From positions 32,001 to 96,000 of the forward strand of contig CAWFGE010000017.1 in NCBI GenBank assembly GCA_963815195.1: a DNA stretch of 64,000 nucleotides. Reading direction: 5' to 3'. The stretch is from an uncultured Planctomycetaceae bacterium (lineage in GTDB: Bacteria; Planctomycetota; Planctomycetia; Planctomycetales; Planctomycetaceae). The notes under the pieces were generated by a model, which was not told the DNA's origin, did no database searches, and worked only from the letters and a program-made list of their open reading frames with translations. This document shows, one piece after another, positions 53,707 to 64,000 of the stretch. Within the stretch, counting starts at the first letter, position 1. Every line of letters starts with the position of its first letter. Both the position numbers and the translations under genes were made by a program.

Positions 53707-54831
53707 ATGAAATACCAAGACGAATATCGCGATCCGAAGGCGGCGAACAGGCTCCGGGAGATGATCCGGAACGCGACCACGCAGCCGTGGACGATCATGG
53801 AAGTCTGCGGCGGGCAGACGCACACGATCGTCAAGTATGGCATCGTTGAACTCCTGCCGCCGGAGATCGAACTCGTGCACGGGCCAGGTTGTCCGGTGTG
53901 TGTCACGCCTTTGGAGTTGATCGATAAAGCCCTCGAGATCGCCGCCCGCCCGGATGTGATTTTCTGCTCGTTCGGGGACATGCTCCGCGTCCCGGGCAGC
54001 CGGCGGGATTTGTTTTCGGTCAAGGCCGCCGGCGGGGATGTGCGGATCGTGTATTCCCCGCTCGATTGCCTGAAAATCGCCGAGCAAAATCCCGACCGCA
54101 CCGTGGTGTTTTTTGCCGTGGGTTTCGAGACGACCGCTCCCGCGAATGCGATGGCCGTTTGGCAGGCGAAGAAGCGGGGCATCGAGAATTTCGCGGTGCT
54201 CGTGTCGCAAGTTCTGGTGCCGCCGGCGATGACGGCGATTCTTTCTTCCCCCCAAAACCGCGTGCAGGGCTTTCTCGCCGCCGGGCATGTGTGCTCGGTG
54301 ATGGGCTACGAAGAATACGAACCGCTCGCCGAGAGATTTCAAGTTCCGATCGTGGTGACGGGCTTCGAGCCGCTCGATCTCTTGGAAGGCATCTATCAAT
54401 GCGTCTGCCAGTTGGAACTGGGCCGGGTCGGCGTGCAAAACCAATACGCCCGGGCCGTCCGCCGCGAAGGCAATCCGGCGGCCAGGCAATTGATCCAGGA
54501 CGTGTTTGAAGTCGGCGACCGAAAATGGCGGGGCATCGGCACGATTCCCCAAAGCGGTTATCGGCTCCGCCCCGAATATGCCCATTACGATGCCGAGCGG
54601 CGGTTCGCCGTCGATCAGTTGGAAGTGCTCGAATCGGACGAGTGCATCAGTGGCATTATCTTGCAAGGCGTGAAGAAGCCGCACGAGTGCCCCGCGTTCG
54701 GCAAAACCTGCACGCCGGAGCATCCCCTGGGAGCCACGATGGTTTCCTCGGAAGGGGCGTGCGCGGCGTATTACAACTATGGACGCTATCGCGAAAGTTC
54801 TCGGAACGTGTTCGTCAACTCCCCGAAATGA
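53707..54831 (+). CDS. hypD: Hydrogenase maturation protein HypD
   Basis: [31 protein letters not shown]. Confidence 0.97.
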   Translation: MKYQDEYRDPKAANRLREMIRNATTQPWTIMEVCGGQTHTIVKYGIVELLPPEIELVHGPGCPVCVTPLELIDKALEIAARPDVIFCSFGDMLRVPGSRRDLFSVKAAGGDVRIVYSPLDCLKIAEQNPDRTVVFFAVGFETTAPANAMAVWQAKKRGIENFAVLVSQVLVPPAMTAILSSPQNRVQGFLAAGHVCSVMGYEEYEPLAERFQVPIVVTGFEPLDLLEGIYQCVCQLELGRVGVQNQYARAVRREGNPAARQLIQDVFEVGDRKWRGIGTIPQSGYRLRPEYAHYDAERRFAVDQLEVLESDECISGIILQGVKKPHECPAFGKTCTPEHPLGATMVSSEGACAAYYNYGRYRESSRNVFVNSPK

Positions 54832-54844
54832 AGCACCGCGAAAA

Positions 54845-55948
54845 ATGTCTGATCCTTCCGGCAGAACAATGAACGCGGACGGCTTCGGGTCGTGTCCGTT
54901 GCCGCGGACGGACTCCGAGCGGATATTGCTCGGCCACGGCAGCGGGGGCAAGTTGAGTGCCGACCTGATCCAGCGGCTGTTCCTGCCCGCGCTCGGGAAC
55001 GATGTCCTCGATGCCTTGGAAGATCAGGCGACGCTCGCCTTGGACCGCAACGTCCTCCAAAGCAACGGCGTCCCCGCGGCCCGGCTGGCGTTCACGACGG
55101 ATGCCTTCGTCGTCAAACCGTTGTTCTTTCCCGGCGGCGACATCGGCAAGCTCGCAGTGCATGGCACGGTCAACGACCTGGCCGTCGGCGGGGCGAGGCC
55201 TTTGTATCTGTCGGCGGCATTCATTCTTGAAGAGGGTCTCGCCATCGAAAGCCTAAAGCGGATTGTCCGTTCCATGCGCGAAGCGTGCGAAGAAGCCGGC
55301 GTCCAGCTTGTCACCGGCGATACGAAAGTCGTCGATCGCGGCAAAGGCGACGAGGTGTTTATCACCACCTCCGGCATCGGCATCGTGCCCGCCGGTCGCC
55401 ATCTGTCGATCCGGAATGCCCGGCCGGGCGACCGTGTGCTGGTCTCCGGGACGATCGGCGATCACGGCATCGCAATCATGTCCGTCCGCGAAGGCATCGA
55501 GTTTGAAACTCTGTTGGAAAGCGACACCGCGGCCCTCCACGATTTGACGCGGGTCATGCTCGAAGCCTGCCCGAGGGTCCGCCTGATGCGCGATCCCACC
55601 CGCGGCGGCGTGTCGAGCACGGTGAACGAACTCGCGTCGGCTTCCAACGTCGGCATCAAGCTCGATGAAGCCGCGATCCCCCTGCGACGGGAAGTCCGCG
55701 CGGCCTGCGAGATGCTCGGCCTCGATCCGTTATATGTCGCCAACGAAGGCAAACTGATCGCCGTCGTTCCACCCGATGATGCGGAACGGCTTTTAGAGAC
55801 CATGCAAAGTCATCCCTTGGGGAAAAATGCCGCGATCATCGGAGACGTGGTGGAGAAGCACGCGGGGATGGTGGTGATGCGGTCGCGCATTGGCGGCGAG
55901 CGGGTCGTCACCATGCTGGCGGGAGAACAACTCCCCAGAATCTGCTGA
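54845..55948 (+). CDS. hypE: Hydrogenase maturation protein HypE
   Basis: HGSGG, GTVNDLA, GDTKVV, RDPTRGG, C-terminal PRIC. Confidence 0.97.
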   Translation: MSDPSGRTMNADGFGSCPLPRTDSERILLGHGSGGKLSADLIQRLFLPALGNDVLDALEDQATLALDRNVLQSNGVPAARLAFTTDAFVVKPLFFPGGDIGKLAVHGTVNDLAVGGARPLYLSAAFILEEGLAIESLKRIVRSMREACEEAGVQLVTGDTKVVDRGKGDEVFITTSGIGIVPAGRHLSIRNARPGDRVLVSGTIGDHGIAIMSVREGIEFETLLESDTAALHDLTRVMLEACPRVRLMRDPTRGGVSSTVNELASASNVGIKLDEAAIPLRREVRAACEMLGLDPLYVANEGKLIAVVPPDDAERLLETMQSHPLGKNAAIIGDVVEKHAGMVVMRSRIGGERVVTMLAGEQLPRIC

Positions 55949-55955
55949 GGAAACC

Positions 55956-56297
55956 GTGCACGAGCTTTCCATCGCCTTAAACCTGATCGAGATCGCGGCC
56001 GAGGAAGCCCGGCAGCGCGGCGTGCGGGTGACGGCTTTGCATCTGAAGGTCGGGCCGCTCTCCGGCGTGGTGGCGGAGGCGTTGGTGTCGGCTTACGAAC
56101 TGGCCCGCGAAGGCACGCTGTTGGACAACTCTCGGCTGGAGATTGAAGAGACCTCCATCACCATGAACTGCCCCGCGTGCGACGCCCCGCGCGCGGTGGC
56201 GTCGATTCAGAATTTGTGTTGCAGCGCATGCGGCGAGCCCGCGATGGAGATCACCGGCGGCCGCGAACTGGAACTGACCGCTTTGGAGATTGAATGA
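55956..56297 (+). CDS. hypA: Nickel metallochaperone HypA
   Basis: (M)HELSIA from a GTG start, CPAC and CSAC pairs, GGREL. Confidence 0.93.
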   Translation: MHELSIALNLIEIAAEEARQRGVRVTALHLKVGPLSGVVAEALVSAYELAREGTLLDNSRLEIEETSITMNCPACDAPRAVASIQNLCCSACGEPAMEITGGRELELTALEIE

Positions 56298-56959
56298 TGA
56301 CCACAACCCGCCTGGTCGAAGTCCGCACGAAGATCCTCAAGCAAAACGACGTGGCCGCCCGCCAGCTTCGCGAGCGGTTCCAGGCCGCCGGCGTGTTTGT
56401 GGTCAGCCTGGTTTCCAGCCCCGGGTCCGGCAAAACGACCTTCCTGCAGAAGACGCTGGAGAGCCTGCGGGACAAATACCGCGTCGCAGCACTCGTCGGC
56501 GACCTCGCGACCGAAAATGACGCCGCCCGTCTTGCGAAAGCCAACGTGCCGGTCCGCCAAATCACCACGGGCACGGTCTGCCATTTGGAAGCCGACATGG
56601 TCGCAGAGGCCCTCGGCGGCTGGCGGCTCGAGGAACTCGATTTTCTGTTTGTGGAGAACGTGGGGAATCTCGTCTGCCCGGCGACTTATGATCTGGGCGA
56701 AGCGCTCCGGCTCGTGCTGTTTTCCGTCACCGAAGGCGAAGACAAGCCGCTCAAGTACCCGACGATCTTCAACACGGCCGACCTCGCGGTCATCACCAAA
56801 ACCGATCTCGCCGCAGCCGTGGAGTTTAATGCCGACGCCGCGAGGCAAAGCATCCAAGCCGTCCGCCCCGGCATGGAGACGATGGAACTCTCGGCAAAAA
56901 CCGGCGAGGGCATGGACGCATGGCTCAACCGCTTGACCGCCGGCCGCCAGGGGCCGTAG
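56294..56959 (+). CDS. hypB: Nickel incorporation GTPase HypB
   Basis: SSPGSGKT, CHLEA, ENVGNLVCPA, EGEDKPLKYP, TKTD. Confidence 0.95.
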   Translation: MMTTTRLVEVRTKILKQNDVAARQLRERFQAAGVFVVSLVSSPGSGKTTFLQKTLESLRDKYRVAALVGDLATENDAARLAKANVPVRQITTGTVCHLEADMVAEALGGWRLEELDFLFVENVGNLVCPATYDLGEALRLVLFSVTEGEDKPLKYPTIFNTADLAVITKTDLAAAVEFNADAARQSIQAVRPGMETMELSAKTGEGMDAWLNRLTAGRQGP

Positions 56960-57081
56960 AGATTGCGGACCCCGGAGTTGAACGCCGGCCGGCTGGCTGG
57001 CATCGTCACGGCTCGCGCTGGCGTGGCCGGGACGGCCATCGAACCCATTGTGCAACGACTTTTCCGTGGGTGTCGGCTGCT

Positions 57082-57267
57082 TTAATCGGGTGTTGAGCCC
57101 CATCTCAGGAACACCAGTTCTCGATGGGTTTCCCGCGGATCGAACCGCACCGCGGCCACGTTCTGGGACGGGGCGATGTTGTAATGGGGCGCGAGGTCCG
57201 GCACGTCCACGTCGAAAAGGTCGGCGATGTCCCGGGCCGGAGTGCGAAGCGTAAATCTGCCACACAT
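57082..57267 (-). pseudogene. Truncated SRAP/HMCES (YedK-like) abasic-site protection protein
   Basis: MCGRF...YNIAPSQ...LRWG, then a stop after ~61 aa; no downstream continuation recognised. Confidence 0.75.
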
Positions 57268-57379
57268 GGGTTTTCCTGTGCGTGACTGCCGGTGATGATT
57301 TTCTTCCCTCCTCAAATGTAAGCCACACGCTCGTTTTGTTCGAGGCCGATTTGTGATTTGACAGCCGCAAAGGTTCAAA

Positions 57380-57473
57380 GTGAGCGGTAGGCGCTAGCCT
57401 CCGGCGGCGATGAAGTGAAATTCACAAAGTCAAGTCCGGCGGCTAGTCACCCAGAGGGTCCCCGGCCGCTCAC
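57380..57473. repeat. REP doublet (gtgagcgg family)
   Basis: gtgagcggtaggcgctagcctccgg ... ccggcggctag...ccgctcac. Confidence 0.65.
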
Positions 57474-57487
57474 GCGGAGTTCAAACT

Positions 57488-58887
57488 TTAAGGCTTGCTT
57501 TCCTGAGCGACGACGGGCCGGCCTGAGGTGATCCAGGCTTTGTAGCCTCCGATCAAGTCGAACACATTCTCGCGGCCGGCTTTTTCCAACAGGCTCGCGG
57601 CCGCCGAGGAACGGTAGCCGCCTTGACAATGCACCACCACCGGACCGGTCGCGGGAACTTCGCTCAAGCGGTCGGCGAGGTGATTGAGCGGGATGTTTCG
57701 GCTGCCTGCAATGTGGCCCGTCTCCCATTCGCTGGGCGCGCGGACGTCGATAATCGACGGTTCGCCCTCCAGTTCCTCGACGGCGTTCGCCGCGATGCGG
57801 TTTGTCACGTCAATTTGGTCGGATCGCTCCTGCAGCGAGGCCATCCCGTCTTTGAGGTAGCCGGCCACGTTGTCGAACCCGATCCGGCCCAGCCGCATGA
57901 CCGCCTCTTCGACGCGGTCGGCGTCCGCAATCACGACAATGGGAACATCCTTCTTCAACAGCGTGCCGGCCCAGGTGGCGTATTTCCCGTCGATGCCGAT
58001 GTTGAGCGAACCCCGCAGATGGGCGCTCGCAAAACTCGCCGCATCGCGGACATCGACCAATTGAGCGCCTGCGCCGGCCAGATCCAGCACGCGGTCCAGT
58101 TCGAGCGGCTGAAGCGATTGACCGAGTGCCGTCTCCAGGCTCGGCCGTTCTTGGCGGTTGAGGAGAGCGTCGTGTCCGAAGTAAGCCGGGGCTTCGGGCT
58201 GGTCCGCGGTAATCAACTTCACGAACTCTTCGCGGGACATCGGCTGAAGGGCGTAATTGTACCGCCGCTGCTGGCCGAGCGTGGAGACCGCCTCGTCGCT
58301 CAACTGCTTGCCGCACATCGAGCCGGCCCCGTGCGCGGGGTAAACCAGCGTGTCGTCCGGAAGTTTGAGCAGCTTCTCGTGCAGCGAATCGTAGAGCATG
58401 TTCGCCAGTTCGTCGGCGGTCATGCCGATGGACGCCAACAGGTCGGGCCGGCCCACATCGCCTAAGAACAACGTGTCGCCCGTCAAGACGGCATACGGTT
58501 TTGCAGGGTTCGTTTTGTCGTCATAGACCAGGATCGAAAGCCCTTCCGGAGTATGGCCGGGCGTTTCCATCGCGACCAGCCGGACCGAACCCAATTCGAT
58601 CGCGTCCCCGTCTTTGAGCGGGGTGAAGTCGAATTCCGCCTGGGCCTTGGCTCCGAAATAAATCCGCGCACCAGCCGGTCCCGCAATTCGATATGCCCGG
58701 AAACAAAGTCGGCATGAAAGTGCGTGAGGATGACGTGCTTGATCGTAAAGCCGTGCTCGCGGGCGTCGTTTACATAAATGGCGATGTCGCGCTGCGGGTC
58801 GACGACGGCGGCGATTTTGGTTTCCTCATCCGCCAACATGTACGAGGCGTGGGATAGACATTCGAGGTAATACCGCTGAAAAAACAT
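57488..58887 (-). CDS. MBL-fold hydrolase / double rhodanese fusion (persulfide dioxygenase-like); apparent frameshift near 58670
   Basis: THFHADFVSGH, TPGHTPE, GDVGRPDL, PAHGAGSMCG, rhodanese HCQGGYRS. Confidence 0.88.
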
Positions 58888-59224
58888 GGCCGTGCCTTTC
58901 TGAAAACAGTGGTTCCTTCGCTTGCGACCGAATCTCGCCCGCACAAATCCATTATATCGCAAGGTTTCGACATGTCAATATAAATCCCGCCATGCACAAA
59001 CCGGCGCTGAAGCTGGGACAATGGTGGGACGGATGAGTCGGCCCTCGCCGCGCGACAACCGCCCGCCGGAATCGTGCGCGGTCATCAAGATTCAAGACCA
59101 AGTTGGCCTATGGTCTGTGGTCCGGAAAACATCACGCCGCTGAAGGTTCAATGTACCGCGAGCGGGGCCGGATTCAAATTGTGTCAATAGAAATGGCGGA
59201 ACTTTCCCCGCCGATTTTCTGAAA

Positions 59225-59974
59225 CTAATTGCTCCCGCTCAGCGCGGCCATCAACACGCCGGCGGCGACGGAGACGTTGAGGGACGTGATTTCCCCACGC
59301 GGGCAAATGCGGCAGAGTTCGTCGCAGTGCTCGCTCGTCAGCCGGCGGAGGCCTTTTTCTTCGTTCCCTAATACCAACAGCCACGGCCGATCGCGATCGA
59401 CTTGGGAAAGATCGCGGGTCGCGTGTTCCGAGGTGCCCAGGACCCAAAGCCCCGCATCTTTGGCTTTTTTGATCGCCCGGCTGAGATTCGGCGGCTGGGC
59501 GAAGGGCACGCATTCCAATCCGCCCGACGCCACGTCATAGACCGTCGCGCTCAAGGGGGCGGAACGGTCCTTGGTGACGATGATCCCGCGAACGCCAAAA
59601 AACGCCGCCGTGCGAAAGATCGCCCCGACGTTGTGGGGGTCTTGAATCTGATCCAGCGCCAGCCACAGCCCGGGGAGATTGCTATCAATATTTTGAAAGA
59701 GTTGATCGAGCGTGACATCGGGATGTTCTTTGACAATCGCGATATTTGTTCCCGTGCGGCCCATCGCGTTCGCCGCCTCCCGCCGGCTTTTTCTTCGCGG
59801 TTCGTTTCGCGCGGACACCCGGCGGACGAGAATGCGATGCTCGGCCGCGAGCGTCGCCACCGCGTCCCAGCCGGTACTCGGTTGAGCGGCAGTTAACTGC
59901 ACCTCGAGCACCGCCGTGGGCCGATGTTCCAAGGCGGCCAGCACGCTATGAGGATTGCGAAGCTCCCAAGCCAC
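59225..59974 (-). CDS. TrmH/SpoU family RNA methyltransferase (RlmB-like)
   Basis: DQIQDPHNVGAIFRTA, GNEEKGL, SLNVSVA. Confidence 0.9.
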   Translation of the reverse strand: MAWELRNPHSVLAALEHRPTAVLEVQLTAAQPSTGWDAVATLAAEHRILVRRVSARNEPRRKSRREAANAMGRTGTNIAIVKEHPDVTLDQLFQNIDSNLPGLWLALDQIQDPHNVGAIFRTAAFFGVRGIIVTKDRSAPLSATVYDVASGGLECVPFAQPPNLSRAIKKAKDAGLWVLGTSEHATRDLSQVDRDRPWLLVLGNEEKGLRRLTSEHCDELCRICPRGEITSLNVSVAAGVLMAALSGSN

Positions 59975-59985
59975 GGAAAATCTCG

Positions 59986-60789
59986 CTAGTCTGGTATCAT
60001 GTTTCGTTGACGATGGACTTCATAAAGCAGAATCCCCGCCGAGACGGCCGCGTTCAGGGAACCTACTTGTCCGGTTTGAGGGATCGCAACCCGCAGGTTG
60101 CAGGCCTCGAGCAATTCTGGACGAATGCCAGAACCTTCGTTTCCGATAACGAGCGCAATCGGTCCGGTCAGGTTAATATGATAGATCGGCGTCGAGGATT
60201 TTTCACTCGCCCCTAGAATCTGAACACCGCGACTTTTCCAGTCGGTAATGACATCCAATAGATCCGGCGAGCGAATCATCGTCAAATAATTCACCGCCCC
60301 GGCGGAACTGCGGGCGACCTGACTTGTCACACCCGTTTGACCCTGTTCGCCGATCACGATGGCGTTTGTTCCTAGGACTTCCGCGGAGCGGAGGATGGCT
60401 CCGAAGTTATAAGGATCTTGAATGCCGTCTAGTATCAAGAAGAGCGGGTTATCCGGCCAATTCGTTTGGAGAGTCGCCAAGTCGTCATAGGGATAGGGAG
60501 GCATCTTGGCGAGATAGCCTTGATGCTCCTGCGAGCCGCCGGTTTTTGTCAGGTCCTGGCTCGATTCAAAGCCATAAGGAACGCCGAGTTGTTCCGCGAG
60601 TTCCCCGGCTTGGTTTTGCTCCTGTTGAGGCAGTTCGTTCGCGAACCGGAGTTCGTAGATCGGCCACTTGCCGGCTTTCATGGTTTCCAGAACGACGTGC
60701 CGGCCCCAGAGCCAACAGCGTTGATGGCTGCTTAACAGAGGTTGTTTCGCCCGGCGTTTCCGCCGCGACCGGCGAGATCGTTCCACCAT
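59986..60789 (-). CDS. TrmH/SpoU family RNA methyltransferase (RlmB-like)
   Basis: HQG, DGIQDPYNFGAILRSA, GNEGSGI, SLNAAVS. Confidence 0.9.
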   Translation of the reverse strand: MVERSRRSRRKRRAKQPLLSSHQRCWLWGRHVVLETMKAGKWPIYELRFANELPQQEQNQAGELAEQLGVPYGFESSQDLTKTGGSQEHQGYLAKMPPYPYDDLATLQTNWPDNPLFLILDGIQDPYNFGAILRSAEVLGTNAIVIGEQGQTGVTSQVARSSAGAVNYLTMIRSPDLLDVITDWKSRGVQILGASEKSSTPIYHINLTGPIALVIGNEGSGIRPELLEACNLRVAIPQTGQVGSLNAAVSAGILLYEVHRQRNMIPD

Positions 60790-60796
60790 CGGGACA

Positions 60797-61004
60797 ACCG
60801 GACGCTAGCCAAATCGGGATAACCGGACGCAAACGCGTTCCGGCTGATGATTTCTTGTATTCATTTCATTAGCCGCAGGAGTTTCAGTCGCTCAAATCGA
60901 AGGCGGCGTCGGCACGCTGATGATTTCTTGTATTCATTTCATTAGCCGCAGGGTGCTCGCCCCGGTTCAGAGGGCAACCGGACGCGAGCGCGTTCCGGCT
61001 GATG
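60797..61004. repeat. Local direct-repeat / REP cluster
   Basis: gctgatgatttcttgtattcatttcattagccgcagg occurs twice (~60843 and ~60916); accggacgc...cgcgttccggctgatg occurs at ~60822 and ~60978. Confidence 0.7.
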
Positions 61005-61007
61005 GTT

Positions 61008-61382
61008 TCAAAATTCCTCATCGTCGAGGTCGTCCAAGTCGTCGTCCTCGTCTTCTTCATCCTCATCCTCGTCGAAATCGTCGTCGAAGTCGTCATCGTC
61101 CTCGAAATCGTCGTCGAAGTCGTCATCGTCCTCAAAGTCTTCGTCTTCGAATTCTTCATCGTCGAATTCCTCGTCCTCAAGATCATCGTCGAGATCGTCG
61201 TCGAGATCGTCTCGATCGTCGTCATCGTCGTCCGTCAGGAAATCATCGAAGTCTTCATCATCATCGACAGCGACGCTCTCGAAGCCGGTCCATGCGTGGG
61301 GAAAGCCGGAGGACGAACTCCGGCGGGCCAGATCGATCACAGGCGCTCTGGTCTCCTTATCCTGGTTGCTGAGAGTGACCAT
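61008..61382 (-). CDS. Highly acidic low-complexity protein
   Basis: C-terminal ~80 aa almost entirely D/E with periodic F/L; internal 30-nt tandem duplication. Confidence 0.6.
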   Translation of the reverse strand: MVTLSNQDKETRAPVIDLARRSSSSGFPHAWTGFESVAVDDDEDFDDFLTDDDDDDRDDLDDDLDDDLEDEEFDDEEFEDEDFEDDDDFDDDFEDDDDFDDDFDEDEDEEDEDDDLDDLDDEEF

Positions 61383-61615
61383 CTGTGTACACCTCTAACA
61401 TATTGAAGTATTGGGAATGACTGCCAATGCCGACATCGATTTCACCCTCATTATTAAACATTTCGGGGCTTGTCAAGCACAAATGCACGGTCATTTCAGA
61501 TTCCGTTGATGGACGGTTTTCGACCTAACATCATTTATCATCAATTCTTAAATCGCGGCGAAAATACTGTTCAGGCCCGCCGTGCGCCGGAACGTTCGCG
61601 CCGGCGATTGCGGAA

Positions 61616-63787
61616 TCACGGCCGAGACCGGGATGCCGAAACCCCGCGTTTGGGGCGGAGCGGCGATTGGTTCCGCCAGGTCTCGATGCGGACCTTGTGC
61701 CGGAGCCGATGGTATTCGCGTGAACTCGTTGGCAACAAGTCGAGGGCCTTTTCCCAATGGGTCAACGCGGCTCCCGTTTGGCCGAGATTTTGATGGCAGT
61801 CGCCGAGCAGGGATTCGATCCGCCAGTTGCGGGGCTCCAATTTCGCGGCCCGCGTGAGGGCTCGAGCCGCCTCTTGGTACCGGCGCTGGGAGATCAGCGA
61901 ACGGGCCAGGTTTTGTTCGAGCACGCCGCCCTCCTGGCCCATCTCCCGCGCAGCTTCGAAATGCACCTCCGCCCGCGCCGGCTGCCGAAGGTTCAAATAC
62001 GCCAGCCCCAACAGATATTGCACGGCCCCCTCGCCGAAATCCGGTTCCCACTGATTGAGGAACTCCAAATGTTCGAGAGCCTCCGCAGGCTGGCCGAGCC
62101 GCATGAGCGCCAATCCGTAATCGTAGCGGGCCAATAAAAAGTCGCCGTCGAGGTCGAGGCACCGCCGGTAGTATTTCAATGCCGCCGCGGTTTGCCCGCG
62201 CGACCATTCCAAATTGGCCCGGACCCGCAGGACCGCGGCGTACTCGGGATCGTAATGCTCCGCCAAATCCAGTTCCCGGACGATCCGCTCGATCGGATAG
62301 CCGTCCCGCTCCATGTTGACGGCGAGCATATAATGTGTGTTGGACCGCATGGGATCGTGCGGCTCGCCAGGCCAGTTCGCTAAGACCGCCACGAGTGCGA
62401 GAACCAAGCCGCCCCATGCCAGCCGCCCAAACGGACGCCGAAACCGGCTCGGCAGCCGAACCAGTCCCGCCGCCGCGAACAACATGAGCGCCGGGACCAA
62501 GGGAAAGCGATACCGCCCGAAGACGTAAAACAAACTCACACTCGCTGCATAAATCGCGATAAACAGCAGCACCACCCCCTGCCGCCGCCAACTTGTCCAC
62601 GCCAAAACGAGGCCCAGCGCCGCAAGCGGAGCCAGCACCCCGAAGTGCCAAACTGCGAGCAAACTTCGCAAAATCCACGAGGCGTCCGCGTGGGAATAGA
62701 TGTCTTCCGTGTCGATGATCTCCGCGCTATTCCCGATCAAAAACCACTTGCGGCCCATCAATTCCAGCCAGCCCGGCCAGTCGGCCCGCATGTCGGAAAG
62801 GGCCGCTTCCGTCCAATAGGCGGAGACTTCCCGCGGCGAGAGTTCGCGGCCCACGTCGCGCTCGGCGAGTTCGGTCGCATCGATCCGCTCGTACTCCGGC
62901 CCGCCCCGGTCCTGGCGAAGCGGAATGTAGCGGCCGTTCGCGTACGCCGAATTGCCGATGTAGAAATTCGGCCCGAACTGCGAAGTCGTCAGCAGCCATT
63001 CGCCCCCGACGAGCCGATTTCTCAAGGCCACCGGGAACAACACCACCGCAAGCCCCACCGCGACCGCGCCCAGCCAGCCGCAGCGGGACGCCAACGAATG
63101 CTTCCGCCAACCAAAGGCCAGCCAGATCGGCAACAGCCCCGCGAGGACGAGGGCGTTTTCCCGAATGAGCATCAAGGCCCCCAGAACGACGCCCCAAAGA
63201 CTCCATCGCCAAAGCCTGCGCGGACGGTAAACGGCGGAGGCGGTCGCCGCGAGCAACCCGCAGGTCAGGAATGAACCCAGCGAGGTTTTCTGAAGGATGC
63301 CGTCGTAAAAAACGGCGGGGGCAAACACCGCCAGCAGCAGCCCCGCGAGCCAACCGGTCCTCGGCGAAAACAGCCGCCGGCCCGCGAGCGCCAAGAGCAG
63401 GCAGCCCGTGGCGCCCAACACCGCTTGGGCGATCCGCACGGTCATCTGCCCGACGCCGAAGATCCAATATAAGCCGCCGATGAAGTAGGGATACAGAGGG
63501 GCCTGGTAGAAGGTTTCGCTCCCGAGCCAATCCCCGGCTGCGATCTCGGTCCCCCATTCGTGATACCGGCGGGCGTCGCCCATCAGCACATGCCCCAAGG
63601 GGTCATCCTGTAACAGCCACAAATGCCCCAGCCGCACCAACAGGGCCAGCGCCCAAATTCCGGCACACCCCGCCCACCAACGCCGCGAAACCCGGCGAGC
63701 AGACGGCGGAAGCGAGCCAGCGATGTTCAATGCAATTGCCCCCTTGATCCGGGCGAGCGAACCCACCGGTGGCCGGTGGCGCATCAA
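61616..63787 (-). CDS. GT-C (ArnT/PMT, family 39-like) glycosyltransferase with C-terminal TPRs
   Basis: GDARRYHEW, YQAPLYPYF, IRENAL, NFYIGN, RYRFPLVP, many TMs, TPR-like helical repeats. Confidence 0.8.
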   Translation of the reverse strand: MMRHRPPVGSLARIKGAIALNIAGSLPPSARRVSRRWWAGCAGIWALALLVRLGHLWLLQDDPLGHVLMGDARRYHEWGTEIAAGDWLGSETFYQAPLYPYFIGGLYWIFGVGQMTVRIAQAVLGATGCLLLALAGRRLFSPRTGWLAGLLLAVFAPAVFYDGILQKTSLGSFLTCGLLAATASAVYRPRRLWRWSLWGVVLGALMLIRENALVLAGLLPIWLAFGWRKHSLASRCGWLGAVAVGLAVVLFPVALRNRLVGGEWLLTTSQFGPNFYIGNSAYANGRYIPLRQDRGGPEYERIDATELAERDVGRELSPREVSAYWTEAALSDMRADWPGWLELMGRKWFLIGNSAEIIDTEDIYSHADASWILRSLLAVWHFGVLAPLAALGLVLAWTSWRRQGVVLLFIAIYAASVSLFYVFGRYRFPLVPALMLFAAAGLVRLPSRFRRPFGRLAWGGLVLALVAVLANWPGEPHDPMRSNTHYMLAVNMERDGYPIERIVRELDLAEHYDPEYAAVLRVRANLEWSRGQTAAALKYYRRCLDLDGDFLLARYDYGLALMRLGQPAEALEHLEFLNQWEPDFGEGAVQYLLGLAYLNLRQPARAEVHFEAAREMGQEGGVLEQNLARSLISQRRYQEAARALTRAAKLEPRNWRIESLLGDCHQNLGQTGAALTHWEKALDLLPTSSREYHRLRHKVRIETWRNQSPLRPKRGVSASRSRP

Positions 63788-64000
63788 CTCCAGGATCGAT
63801 TTGAATCGGAAAGGATTCGCCGGTGGATCGGGATCAGCCGGCCGACACCGGCCGCTCGCCTTTTCGTGTTAATCCGTGGAACCCAATCCCATGATACACG
63901 GGGAGGCCGCGTTTCCAATACCTCGCGGGGCTCCGCGAGTCGCCACAGCAGGCCTGCTTTATTGCAGGGGGACGACTTTGAGCGTTTGGGCGGGATGCCC

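Noticed and set aside
60797..61004. 37-bp direct repeat resembling a mini CRISPR array
   Set aside because: Only two copies, embedded in other REP-like repeats; no cas genes and no third repeat
61002..61406. Plus-strand Val/Ile-rich ORF resembling a membrane protein
   Set aside because: It is the antisense reading of the Asp/Glu-rich gene

Overview
GC-rich bacterial window, almost certainly from a planctomycete. This is inferred from the DUF1592/DUF1552 pair, Tat-exported Gfo/Idh/MocA paralogs, prenyltransferase-repeat proteins, a BlaI/M56 pair and many REP-like palindromes. The main finding is a ~9 kb minus-strand cluster (26340-35116) that encodes an apparently complete eukaryote-like ubiquitin conjugation cascade: a Ubl ending in -AG, a ThiF/E1, a membrane-anchored JAB/MPN isopeptidase, an E2/UBC with an HPN..C active site, and two RING-like (C4HC3) membrane proteins, one fused to a trypsin-like protease. 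The cluster also carries a degenerate-FHA membrane protein, two paralogous Zn-ribbon membrane proteins and DUF2752. Other content: an ABC/AAA ATPase + DUF4276 cassette bracketed by a duplicated, decayed 3' end of its neighbouring gene; leuCD; three Tad pseudopilin-like genes; BlaI with a BlaR1-like protein carrying a CxxCH motif; an orphan VirD4-like ATPase; a CdaA-YbbR fusion; hypFCDEAB; an MBL-rhodanese; and two RlmB/TrmH paralogs. About 14 apparent 1-2 nt frameshifts occur in otherwise intact genes and most likely reflect uncorrected long-read errors. All family calls come from recognising motifs by eye; no searches were run.
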